Shown: piece after piece, positions 23,705-35,372 of the stretch | How positions within the stretch are numbered: position 1 is the stretch's first letter | Layout of the letters: every line of letters begins with the position of its first letter | Source: Octopus bimaculoides | Taxonomy: Eukaryota | Reading direction: 5' to 3' | Length of the DNA: 64,000 bases | Assembly: GCF_001194135.2 (NCBI RefSeq) | Contig: NC_068993.1 | Coordinates: forward strand, 61,332,793 to 61,396,792 | Position numbers and translations under genes: made by a program | The notes under the pieces: generated by a model | Databases searched by the model: none | What the model was told of the DNA's origin: nothing | The model's input: only the letters and a program-made list of their open reading frames with translations

Positions 23705-24290
23705 TAAAAGGGGTTGATGTAATTGACTTACTCTTTCCCTTGAAATTATTGCTGGCCTTGTGCCAAAATTTGAAATCATCACCATTATTATTATTATTAT
23801 TATTATCATTATTATTAAGGGGACAAGCTGGCAGAATCGTTTGCACGCTGGGTGAAATGCTTAGAGGTATTTCGTCTTCTGCTACATTCTGAGTTCAGAT
23901 TATGGTGAGGTTGACTTTGCTGTTTATCCTTTCAGGGTCAATGAAATAAGTACCAGTTATGCACTGGGGTCAATGTAATCAACTATTCCTCTTCCCACCA
24001 AATTGTCAAGGCCTTGTGCCTAGAGTAGAAATAATAATAATAATTATTTTTAAGGTGGTGAACTGGCGGCATTGTTAGCATGCTGGGCAAAAAGCTTAGC
24101 ATTTTGTTTGTCTTTACGTTCTGAGTTCAAATTCCACCAAGGTTGACTTTGCCTTTCATCCTTTCAGGGTCAATAAATTAAATACCAGTAAAACACTGGG
24201 GTCGATGTTATCGACTAGTTCCCCTCCTCAACAATTTCAGACCTTGTGTCTATAGTAGAAAGGATTATTATTATTATTATTATTATTATT
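23705..24290 (+). mobile_element. three head-to-tail family B copies
   Basis: B tail (23705-23780) + (ATT)n, B (23817-24030) + (ATA)n, B (24052-24260) + (ATT)n. Confidence 0.8.
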
Positions 24291-25032
24291 GCTGCTGTTG
24301 TTGTTGTTGTTTTAGGCTGCAATCTGAAAGAAGTGTTAGCATGCCACACACACACTACACACACTTGCACCCACACTCAAGCACACACACCACCCCCACA
24401 TGCCCCCCCACACACACAATGGGTTTCTTTAAGATTCACTCACAAGGTTTTGGTTAGCGTAGGGCTATAGTTCGAAGTTACTTACCCAAGGTACCATGCA
24501 GTGAGACTGAACTCATAACCACGTGGTTAGGAAGCAGATTTCTCACCCCACAGCCACACCTGCCGCCTATCAATGTTAAGCGCCGGCATTTGTTTCAACC
24601 GCTTAACAAGTGGCTCAGGTTCTGTCTTCTTGACTTTGTCACATAAACCATTGCAGTGCAATGGTGATGCAACAGCAATGAGTTCTTCATCTTCTTGTTC
24701 AGCAGCTGACAGAACATGCACGTGGAGCTTTTAAGTGCAGACTTCTTGTATAGTTTGCACTCACTTTCATGTTTGACACTCGATGAAACAGCAGTACATG
24801 TAGTAGCGTGAGACAAGCTAGAATTTCTTTGAGACTGACTTACACTATCTTGTAGTAAGTGCAAAATTGTTGGCTTCAGTCAAATCATAAAATGAATTCT
24901 AAATAAATCAGCCTAAATTCAAACAATTCGGAATATTGACATTTATTTTGTTGTATCTAAATAATTTCTTTCTAACCCTTTAGCATTGAGGTTACTTTGT
25001 CAAAGGTAATACTTATTTATTCATATTATTTG

Positions 25033-25187
25033 AATGGCTGTGTGGTAAGTAGCTTGCCTACCAACCACATGGTTCCGGGTTCATTCCCACTGCATGGCAC
25101 CTTGGGCAAGTGTCTTCTACTATAGCCTCGGGCCGACCAAAGCCTTGCAAGTGGATTTGGTAGACGGAAACTGAAAGAAGCCTGTCG

Positions 25188-25218
<31 letters not shown>

Positions 25219-25830
25219 TTGTGTGTCTGTNNNNNNNNNNNNNNNNNNNNNNNNNNNNNNNNNNNNNNNNNNNNNNNNNNNNNNNNNNNNNNNNNNNNNN
25301 NNNNCACACACACACACACACACACACACACGACGGGCTTCTTTCAGTTTCTGTCTATCAAATTCCACACAGAAGGCTTTGGTCGGCTTGAGGTTATAGT
25401 AGAAGACACTTGCGGAAGGTGTCATGCAGTGGGACTGAACCTGGAGCCATGTGGTTGGTAAGCAAGCTACTTACCACAAAGCCACTCCTGTGCAGTAAGT
25501 TTGCTTCCTAACCACATGGTTCTGGGTTCAGTCCCACTGCAAGGCACCATGGGCAAGTGTCTTCTACTATAGCCTTGAGCCAACCAAAGCTTTGGATCTG
25601 ATGGAGGGAAACTTAAAACAAAACAAAAAACCCATCGTGTGTGTGTGAATGTATATGTGTTTGTGTCTGTTTGTTCCCCCACCACTTGACAACTGGTATT
25701 AAGTGTTTACATTCACAAAAGAGGATTACAAAAAACAAAAAAAAAGTAGCTCTGGGATTGATTTGTTTGGCTAAAATTCTTCCAAGCATTGCCCCAGCAT
25801 GGCCGCAGCAGTCTAATAAGTGAAGCAAGT
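25033..25830. mobile_element. cluster of three family A copies (+, -, +)
   Basis: + copy 25033-25200, - copy 25331-25490, + copy 25490-25830; N-gap at 25231-25304. Confidence 0.8.
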
Positions 25831-26686
25831 AAAAGAATATCATAACCTTCTAATCTATGTTTCGGACAGAATGGAAAACAAACATTGAAAAGAAAACAAC
25901 CAAGTAAAAAAAAAAAATGAAAAAAAAATGTAATGAAAAAAGCAAAAAAGAAGCAATATAGTTTTTCTCCATGTGAACACTTGCAGCCCTAATCTAGCTT
26001 GTTGTTGCCCTCGTTTTGATGTTAGATGTTTATAAGATTGTATTTATCTTGTCTGTTACTATTTCCTGCCATGCAACAACTGCCAGACTTTCTTAATTCC
26101 TGTGTCTGTGTTTTGTAAACCTTGATAAAAACTACTGTTGCTGCCACCCACCCCCACCACTGCTAATGCCACCGTCAGTACCATTACCACTGTAAGAATC
26201 ACTGCAACCAATACCATCAACTGTTGCTGCTGCTGCCACCACCACCACCACTCACCATCACCACCACGACCACTGCCAACATCACCACAACCACCATCAT
26301 CACCACCGCCGCAATTATAATTACCACTGCTATCATGATTATTCCCACCACCATCATGACCACTACTGTTGCTACCATCTTCCCCTACTGCTTCTAGTCA
26401 TCTTTCTGTTTCTTCCCCCACACCCACCCGTTCTACTTTTATCTTTCTACTCCCCCCCCATCCATCCTTTCACCTGTTATGCTACTGTTTCTCTTTCTCT
26501 CTCACTCTGCTTCTCAGTTTCATTTTCTCTCTCTCTCTCTCACTCTACCACTTACTCCCCCCCTCTTGTTACCTCTCACCGTTTCTGTTCCATACCTCTG
26601 TACCAATTCATTTACCTCAGAGTGTATGGAGATATTTATTAGGTGCAAACCCTTATATTTTACGCAAACCATACATGAAGGCCTTA

Positions 26687-26945
26687 CAAGGACTGACTAA
26701 AAAGTATCGGGCACCGGTGCTATAAAAAGAAAGCTGCAACACATACCTGTTTGGTGTTTAGTCCCCTTCTGATGTGGTCCCCTTCCGAAGCCATACACCT
26801 TATCCAGTGTTGTATCCATCGATGGAAGAATTCCTGGAAGTCCTATTTTGGAATAGTTGAATAGCTGCTTTGTCACGTTCTCTTGGATTTCTTCGATGCT
26901 TTGAAATCTTTTTCCTTTCAAATACAATTTGACTTTTGCCTTGAT
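26687..26945 (-). mobile_element. mariner transposase C-terminal relic with TIR
   Basis: LYLKGKRFQSIEEIQENVTKQL, then a frameshift to DFQEFFHRWIQHWIRCMASEGDHI; terminal TA|CAAGGACTGACTAAAAAGTATC at 26685. Confidence 0.85.
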
Positions 26946-26984
26946 TTTGGGGGGTCATAGCCACAGACTCACAATTCATCATCA

Positions 26985-27176
26985 TCATCATTGTTTAACA
27001 TCTGCTTTCCATGCTAGCATGGGTTGGACAATTTGACTGAGGACTGATGAAACCAGATGGCTACACCAGGCTCCAATCTGATTTGGCAGAGTTTCTACAG
27101 CTGGATGCCCTTCCTAACGTCAACCACTCAGAGAGTGTAGTGGGTGCTTTTACGTGCCACCGGCACGAAGGCCACA
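26985..27176 (-). mobile_element. SINE family C
   Basis: Same tail and body as 19404-19633. Confidence 0.85.
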
Positions 27177-27397
27177 CCATTTTTAAAAGCCCTTTCTTCT
27201 TCCTAGACACGGTCAAGGAGATCCAGCACAGCTGAAACCTGATCTTCTTTTTGAGATGACCGCACTCTACACATTTTACTTCCAAGCACTGCTATAAACA
27301 ACAAAAGTGAGCGAGAATGTTACGACTTAGTGTGCATACGTGACAGAGTTCAAGGTCAGCCTGTGCCAAACGGATTCACTGTGTGTGCTTTAGCTCT

Positions 27398-27411
27398 GTT
27401 ACCATAGTAAC
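27398..27411. promoter_or_regulatory. RFX X-box motif GTTACCATAGTAAC
   Basis: Exact fit to the X-box consensus GTHNYY-AT-RRNAAC, inside the palindrome CTGTTAC-CATA-GTAACAG, in unique sequence ~1 kb upstream of the ATG. Confidence 0.5.
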
Positions 27412-27652
27412 AGTCTTGACACTTTTTGATCAGACCTCATATAATTAATTCCTACACTAATACAATTTACAACAAATAACATTTAATAAAATAAGTATCA
27501 GACTTTTATTTAATTTGATTAAAACTTTTCAATGCCACCATATCAGAGATCTGCTTGAAACTTAGTGTATATATTATATAGTTATATCTATATATTAACG
27601 AACTATATATTAACTGGTCTTCATTAATAATCCGTTGCTAATTTTATGTGAT

Positions 27653-27698
<46 letters not shown>

Positions 27699-28459
27699 GT
27701 GTTTCACTTTCTGACAATCATTTTCTAGAATAAATCCATTCCATTTCTTTTTTTTCTTTCTTGTTTAAAGATTTGAACATGAATTTAATAATTTAATATT
27801 TTTAGTTTTTAATTTTACGTTTTCTTTTTCTTTTTCAGGTTCTAGGTCGTTAAAATAAAAAAAAAAAATCATTTCGTCAAGCATATTAGTATATCATATT
27901 TTTAAAATAATATATATATATTTACGTATACATATATAAAGAAAAAAAAAAGTAAAAAACAAAAAAATTAATAAAAAAAAATTCTCAAGAAGGCAAATTT
28001 TTTTCCTTCTAACTGACAAATTGATTATATATATATACATACATATATATATATACATATATATAAATAGATATCTGTATATATATGTATATATATTTTT
28101 AATTAATTTGTCAGTTATTCCTTTTATAAGAATGCATAGTAGTATCTTCATTGAATTACTTGTCTATGAATGTGTGGAGAATTACGTAAATGGTACATGG
28201 AACTTTGGGCAACAAAAGCAACAGCAGGGTAGAATTTGTGCAACTGTGTATACTAATTGGACATCTTGGGTCCCAAAGACCAGCGCAATCTTTTATGAAT
28301 TTCCGGAACAGTACTCAAAGCAGGATTCAATATATATATAGCAAATAATTCTTGGTATAAATGGCTGTTATATAGATATTAACGAGCCAATCTTAATCGG
28401 TCACATTGACTTCCAACATAGTTTTTTTCTTTTCTTTCTCTCTCAACTTTTATATAAAC

Positions 28460-30451
28460 ATGGAGTCTAGTGTTGACCAAGAGACTGATGAACAGGCTAA
28501 ACTAAAGTCCAGTTCATTGTCCCCTAAAGTTGTGAGACCAAAACTGCCTGCTTTTTCCTCAAGCTTTAGACCATCCAAAAATCGCTCTAAAACAGATCCT
28601 GGCAATGCAGGTGAAATTAGTCGGGCTGTTCTGGAGGACATGAAACAAAGAAAACATAGTCGTCAGCGACTATCTCGATCTCAACCGTCGAAAAGTTCCC
28701 AAGCACCAACGTCAACTCCCACATCTCCTGTGACTGATTCACAGAGATCAGGATTTTCTCGAAGACAAAACCGGAGTCTAAAGCTTACAGAGTTAACGGA
28801 TAAATTAAAATCTGGTCCTAGTTCAAACGATATTTCATGCAACATTCCATCATCCAGCGATTTGTCGACAGTCGCACCCTACGGTACTTTAAGGAAAATT
28901 CCTAACATTGAAGACTTCAGTCAATGTGAGCAAATTTTAGACTCACCAGACGACAGTCTGTATGAAAGCGGCAGTCCAAAGATGCCTGAAGATTTATCAA
29001 AGATGGAATCGGGAGAGGCTGTACCATATTATTCTCATAAAGATGCAAAGGATTCGATGTCAGAACAATGTCTAAGTAAACTGGAAAGTTCTTCTGTTTC
29101 TTCAGATTGTTTGCCTTCTCCAGATGATAAATCTTTGGATGATGATGGGACTGGCACCAGTGAATCAGACACCAGTTCAACAACGAGTGGCCCTTATATC
29201 TACCAACCTCTGAATCGTGACTCTGAATTCTTCAAACTTGCCAAAACTGCTCCACAACGAAGAACTGGTATAACTACTTTGGCAACACGTAATAAAGTAC
29301 AAGCCATTTTTGGAACTAGCCACCCAATGCAATTGGCCAGTTTCCAGCAGCCTGATGAAGACAAACGTTCCGAAGAACATTCAGGGGGTCACCCACCTCA
29401 ACGATCTGAGTCTGTCCATGTTCCAGGCTCACAACGAAAAGCCCACCGGTTCATTAAACATTCTTCAAAGCATAAAGCTTCACCAAAAGAGGAAGGCTCA
29501 ATTGATAGTAATGGATTTGGTACTTTGAAATCTGAAGAAGCTTCAGAAAGTGCACCATCAGACCAATCTCGAGATAATCTCACACTGTTAGCTGCTGGCA
29601 GCTGCCAATCTACGGATGGTCAAATAAATACTGATGATGAAGTGCACTTTTCTGAATATGCAGATGAAAATATTGTTGTGGAAGTCTCAGACAATGAAAG
29701 ATTTGAAAAGAAAAATGGAAAACTAACGAAACCAAAGTCAATAAGTGACCCAAGCGCTGACAAGACCAAAGTTTTGTCCGAAATTAGCAAAGAAATAAAC
29801 TCATCACATGCACACAGTTCACCTGTCTTATCACGTGACATAACAGAAGATGGGGGGCCTTTACAGCAATTCCAAGAAACCAATAACCCTGAACTTGAAC
29901 TAAGCCCATATTCAGAAATAGTTCTTCCACATGCAAGCCCTAAATCCTCAAACCCAGAGCGCCGTATATCTCAAGAAAGCCAAAGATGTCAAAGCCCAGG
30001 CTTGGAATCGACAATAGAAGAAGGGGACGAAAATGAACAGTACCCCGACGATTCCTTGTTAAAACCTGACAAGTTGATCTATATCGGATCATCTGCCCCC
30101 ACAACGCCTCACAATCAGTCTCCAACAAGTACCCTTGAACGTCCTCCACACAACCTCTTGAGTGTTCCTATGACGCGAAAACCCATTTTAAGAAGTATGA
30201 GTTCAGCCAGTGTTCTTCAACATGACCGGCGCATGTTCAACACGGCGAACAAAGACAAGGATGTTGTTCGTAAATTTAGTATAAATTCTGATGACTCAAT
30301 TCCGGGAAATATGAAACCTGGTACATCGGTGCCAGAGTTTGCTTCACCTCTCAGCGACAATGGCTCTTATATCACTATAAGCATGCCAGATGTCTGGAAA
30401 CAAAATGCTAATGTATTTGACTCTTCGGAAAAGGTCCAAGCCTACGTTAAG
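28460..30451 (+). CDS. large coding exon (664 codons) of an unidentified Ser/Pro/acidic-rich, probably disordered protein; gene continues 3'
   Basis: The only long non-repetitive ORF in the window (28406-30505). First true ATG at 28460; strong donor AAG|GTAAGT at 30451/30452, phase 0. A strong upstream acceptor (pyrimidine tract + TTTCAG) lies at 27838. No domain recognised. Confidence 0.85.
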
Positions 30452-30800
30452 GTAAGTTGCTGTTTGGGATTAATTTTCCGCACTTTAATAACCACCAGTT
30501 TCTGAGTTTAGTCTCCTATCTATTACAGTCTTTGTGTTTGTGTGTGTATATGTTATATAGTTATGTTGTTGTTGTTGTTGCACACATATAAACACATAAA
30601 TTTGTGTGTATGCATTTGTACATATAACTTAAAAGAAATTTTATCTAATTTTCATGTTGTTTTATTGGATTCTACGCATTAAAAATAACAGTAAAAAAAA
30701 TCAAAAAACAAACCTACTAACTCAGTTTGTGAATTTTTAAACATGACATTTCCTAAATTAAAAAAATATTTTTTGTCAAAGCAGTATATTTCAAGCTCCA

Positions 30801-30851
<51 letters not shown>

Positions 30852-31071
30852 AAGCTAATAACTTCAGTGCTTACTTCCATTGTCAACAAATCCTCTTTGT
30901 TATATTGTGTGTGTGTGTGTGTGTGTGTATTAGACTGTGTGTATTTTCGCGGAAGTGTTTGTGTTGAAGTACTTAAGGATTACTACTGTAAAATATTTGG
31001 TAACATTTTGTTTGTTAGAATATTGTTTCAGCTTATTGTGATATATCGTTGTTGTTATTGTTGTTAATTAT

Positions 31072-32101
31072 TAAGGCTGTGAACTGACAGATTCGTTAAC
31101 ACAATGCACAAAATGCTTGGCGGCATTTCGTCCGTCTTTACGTTCTGAGTTCAAATTCCACCATGGTCAACATTATTTTCCATCCTTTCAGGGTTAATAA
31201 AACAAGTACCAGTTATGCACTGGGGGAGTGATGTAATTGTCTTATCTCCCTCCCCCCAGATTGCTGGCTTTGTGCCAAAACTTGAAATTATTGTTGATGT
31301 TGAGGCAGTGAACTGGCAGAGTTGTAAGTACACTGAACGAAATACGTGACGGCATTTCATGTCTTTACACTCTAAGTTCCAGTTGCACCAAAGTCAGTTT
31401 GGCTTTTTATCCTTTTGGGGTTGATATAAATAAGTTGAACATTGAGGGGCCAATGTAATTGACCTACCCCCTCCCATAAAATATCTGGCCTTGTACCAAA
31501 ATTTTAAATGATTATTAAAGCGGTGAGAGAGGATTCGTAGAAATGCTAAAATGTTGGGGTGAAAAAAACGTATTTTGTTGTGATTCCTTTGTATTCTGAT
31601 TTCAAATCCTGCCAAAGTCACTTGTCCTTTTCATTCTTGTGGGATTAATGAAATAAGCAACTGGTCAAGTTCTGCAGTTGATTTTTGACTCTACACTCTC
31701 TTGAAACCATCCGAGACCTTGTCACTGTGTAAGCAATCATTAGTATTGTTGTCTAAAAGGCGCAAGCTGGCAGAATCGTTAGCAAGCTGCACGAAATGCT
31801 TAGCAGCGTTTTGCCTGTCACTATGCTCGGAGTTCAAATTCCACTGAGGTTAACTTGCCTTTCATCCTTTCAGGGTTGATAAATTAAGTGCCAGTTACGC
31901 ACTGGGGTCGATATAATTGTGAGTATCAACTATATATATANNNNNNNNNNTATATATATAACTCACAATATATATACACATAGACAATAGGTGAGTTGAA
32001 TATGCTCAGTATAGAAAGCATGTAGTAGTGCTCAAATGAGTGGCTCATGTACTAAGCATATCTTGTCCATGTATATCAAGCCTCATTGTGTTTATATGCA
32101 T

Positions 32102-32134
<33 letters not shown>

Positions 32135-33125
32135 TTATATAAAATTTTCAGGATCCAGTGCAATTGAGGTATTTAAATAAGTCATCCACGTACTTACTAA
32201 AGTAAATACGGATTTGTACTTCCATACATTCACAAGTATGGACCAAATACACAATGTATACATAAAGTCACACAGGAGTATATGTTGGCTCACATTCCAC
32301 AGTCCATTGTAGGTTCAAGATCCAACGCAGAGAAGGTTCTGAGTGTGGTGAAGTTTAAATGATATCAGATGGGCTGAGGTTCACTACAGCTGTTTCAAAC
32401 ATGTTCTTTAATGATGAATAAAATCAGTTACATGTAAAGAAAACAAACGTTTTCTTCAGGTAAATTAAGAGTAAAATTTAACATTTAGGATTTTTCATAC
32501 AAATAGTATATAATGCATATTGACCCCTTTCATCTTGGTTATATATTCTGTATATCTTGAACTACCTCTGACAAGATTTGGCTTTCAAATAATTTTTTTT
32601 TCCATTTTAATTAATTTTCTGAGGGTCTAGAATTGAAACAGCTGTAAGAGATGTCAATTTTTAATAAATAATAATTTATATATATAGTGAGCATGCCAGT
32701 TAAAAGACTTAGTAACATTTTGCTTGTCTTCAAATTCTGAGTTCAAATTCTGCTGAAGTTGGTTTTGCCTTTCATCCTTTCAGGGGTCGATGACATAAGT
32801 ACCAGTTGAGTACTGGGGATCAGTGTAAATTGACTTATCCCTTACCCTGAATTTAGGGTCTTGGGCTAAATTTTGAAACCATTATCATTAAAATTGTTAT
32901 TATTATTAAGGCAGTGAACTGGCAAATTGTTCTCACGCCTAGCAAAATGCTTAAGCAGCATGTTGTCCACCTTTACGTTCTGAGTTCAAATTCTGCTGAG
33001 GTCAGCTTTGCCTTTCATCCTTTCGGGATTGAGAAAATAAGTACCAGTTGAGCACAGGGGTCGGTGTAATTGACTTGCCCTCTCCCCCACCCCCAAATTT
33101 CAGCCCTTGTGCCTTTAGTAGAAAG
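31072..33125 (+). mobile_element. cluster of six same-strand family B copies
   Basis: Heads at ~31072, 31303, 31517, 31757, 32692 and 32907, most directly after (ATT)n-like tails. Confidence 0.75.
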
Positions 33126-33274
33126 GGTTATTTATTGATGAAATTTTGTCGCTTTAGTAGTGTTATAATAATCTAATTACTCAGGTGTTAATGGGTTTCC
33201 TTCTTTCTTGTTTTATGTTGCACTTTATGTATTGAATGTTCTTTTGATTCTGTTATCCATATTATAAAAAAAAA

Positions 33275-33596
33275 CTGGCACTTCATTGGTTACGACGAAG
33301 GTTCCAGTTGATCCGATCAACGGAACAGCCTCCTCGTGAAATTAATGTGCAAGTGGCTGAGCATTCTATAGACATGCGTACCCTTAACATAGTTCTCAGG
33401 AAGATTCAGTGTGATACAGAATGTGACAAGACGGGCCCTTTGAAATACAGGTACTACCCATTTTTGCCAGCCGTGTGGACTGGAGCATTGTCAAATAAAG
33501 TGTCTCGCTCAAGGACACAATGCATCACTGGGAATTGAACTCATGACCTCATGATTATGAGCCGAATACTCTAACTACTAAGCCACATGTCTTCAC
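33275..33596 (-). mobile_element. SINE family F, full length
   Basis: tRNA-like head GTGAAGACATGTGGCTTAGTAGTTAG..GAGTTCAATTCCC on the minus strand; the same body occurs at 40860-41192. Confidence 0.8.
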
Positions 33597-33944
33597 ATAT
33601 TATAACGAGGTGTTAATTACGGATGCAGGTAATGAAGGCTGACTTGGAACTACAAGACCACAACAACGAACTTGCTCCTCTATCTCAACTAACCAAGCGA
33701 CTATCGAATAACGAGTATTTGTAATAGGTTAATTAGTATAGCACCAGTTCACCGTACGAACCAGAGAAATTAGTGGTGTCGGTAGTTTGACACAAGTAGC
33801 AGGTAAAGAGATATGACTAAACATTTATTGTTGTTTAACCTAAGGTCGGTCCTGGTCCAGTAGGTCTATGACCGAAGATGTTCCACTTGCAACCATCTTG
33901 TCTGTGTATGCCCTTTCTGTTAAGGTTGAAGGGCAGAAATTTTT

Positions 33945-34118
33945 GTGGGAGGGGAAATGTTGGTTACATCGATTCCAGTGTTCAGTTGGTACTGGTTCTT
34001 ATTTCATTGACCCAGAAAGGATGACAGGTACAGTCGACCTCAGCAGAATTTGAACTCGGAACATAAAGATGGATGAAATGCTAAGCATGTTGTCTGTAAT
34101 GCCAATAATTCGGTTAAC
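33945..34118 (-). mobile_element. SINE family B
   Basis: Reverse complement of the B consensus. Confidence 0.75.
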
Positions 34119-34558
34119 TTGTTGCCTTATGTCTTTGTGTCTATCAAAGACCATTTGTTCAATGCATACTTTGCTACCTAAGATGGTAAGGGAATGTGAT
34201 TTAAGGGTAATTTGGCTGCTATTTTAAGCAGGGCAAGTTGACTCTGGCTAGAAATTACAAAGATTTGAACCCTGCTTCCCTCTAAATTCTACAAGAATTC
34301 TTGTAGAGATATATTTTTGAAGACGTAAATAACGATTATCTTTGCTTTTTCTCTTTATTTCTATTCCTTGTTCAATTCATTAGACTGTGGTCATGCTGGG
34401 GCACCTCTTTGAAGGGTTTAATAAAAAAAAAATCAACTGCAGTACTTGTTCTGTCAATTGCTCTTGCTGAACTGCTAGATTACAGGGATGTAAACGAACC
34501 AACACTGTTTATCAAGCAGTAGTGGGGACAAAGACAAACCTGGACACCTATGCATGCA

Positions 34559-34597
<39 letters not shown>

Positions 34598-35133
34598 ACC
34601 TGCATACATATATGTATTTATACGTGTGTGTGTGTGCATGCATACATATATGAATTAATCCGTGTGTGTGTGTGTATGTATGTGGTAAGCATATAGATTT
34701 GTTGTGCAGTGAATCTCTGGGTGTCACCCCAAGATCTTGGCAGTTGACTCAAGTGAATTACAAACGACTCTTGAAATAAGAGCTACTTCACAACAACAAC
34801 AACAACAACAACAAAAAAAGAATAAAACAACAATAGTCTCCATCATCATCATCATCACTATCATCATCACCATGCAGTCCCATTCCTCATTCTCCATAGA
34901 TTAAAGTCATTCTATTGTTTTGTTGTGATGTCCCTCTGTCCCCCCCTGGCACCAGTGACCCTCAGTAACCTTGGTGACCAAGTGGCTATGACTCAGCCAG
35001 CTATTAGCAGCCACTTTTAACTTACACTCTTCTTTAAACATGTCATCTTAAATAAAACCAGTGTTTGTATGTAGTATGTCTGGCTACACATCTGTTTATC
35101 AGTGTAACACACACACACAGACTTTATTATAAT

Positions 35134-35372
35134 GTGAAGGCACATGGCTCAGTTGTAAGAGCATTGGGCACACAGTCATGAGGTAGTGAGTTCGATTCCC
35201 AGACCAGGCTGTGTGTTGTGTTCTTGAACAAGACCCTTTATTCCACGTTGCTTTGGTCGGCCCGAGGTTATAGTAGAAGGCACTTGCCGAAGGTGCCACG
35301 CAGTGGGACTGAACCCGGAACCATATGGTTGGTAAGCAAGCTACTTACCGCACAGCCACTCCTGCGCCTATG
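35134..35372. mobile_element. F head (+, 35134-35243) abutting an inverted family A 5' half (-, 35244-35372)
   Basis: GTGAAGGCACATGGCTCAG..GAGTTCGATTCCC directly followed by TTTGGTCGGCCCGAGG..ACAGCCACTCCTGCGCC. Confidence 0.75.

Noticed and set aside
28406-28459. TTG-initiated N-terminal extension of the 699-aa ORF
   Set aside because: Non-ATG start running through a pyrimidine tract; ATG 28460 (or a splice acceptor) is more plausible in a eukaryote.
30452-30505. C-terminal VSCCLGLIFRTLITTSF of the 699-aa ORF
   Set aside because: It follows a consensus AAG|GTAAGT donor and is probably intron read-through, though an intron-retained short isoform cannot be excluded.
32151-32204. TTTTCAG|GATCCAGTGCAATTG reading DPVQLRYLN, reminiscent of talin DPVQLNLLY
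   Set aside because: The similarity is five residues only and the frame stops after 17 codons.
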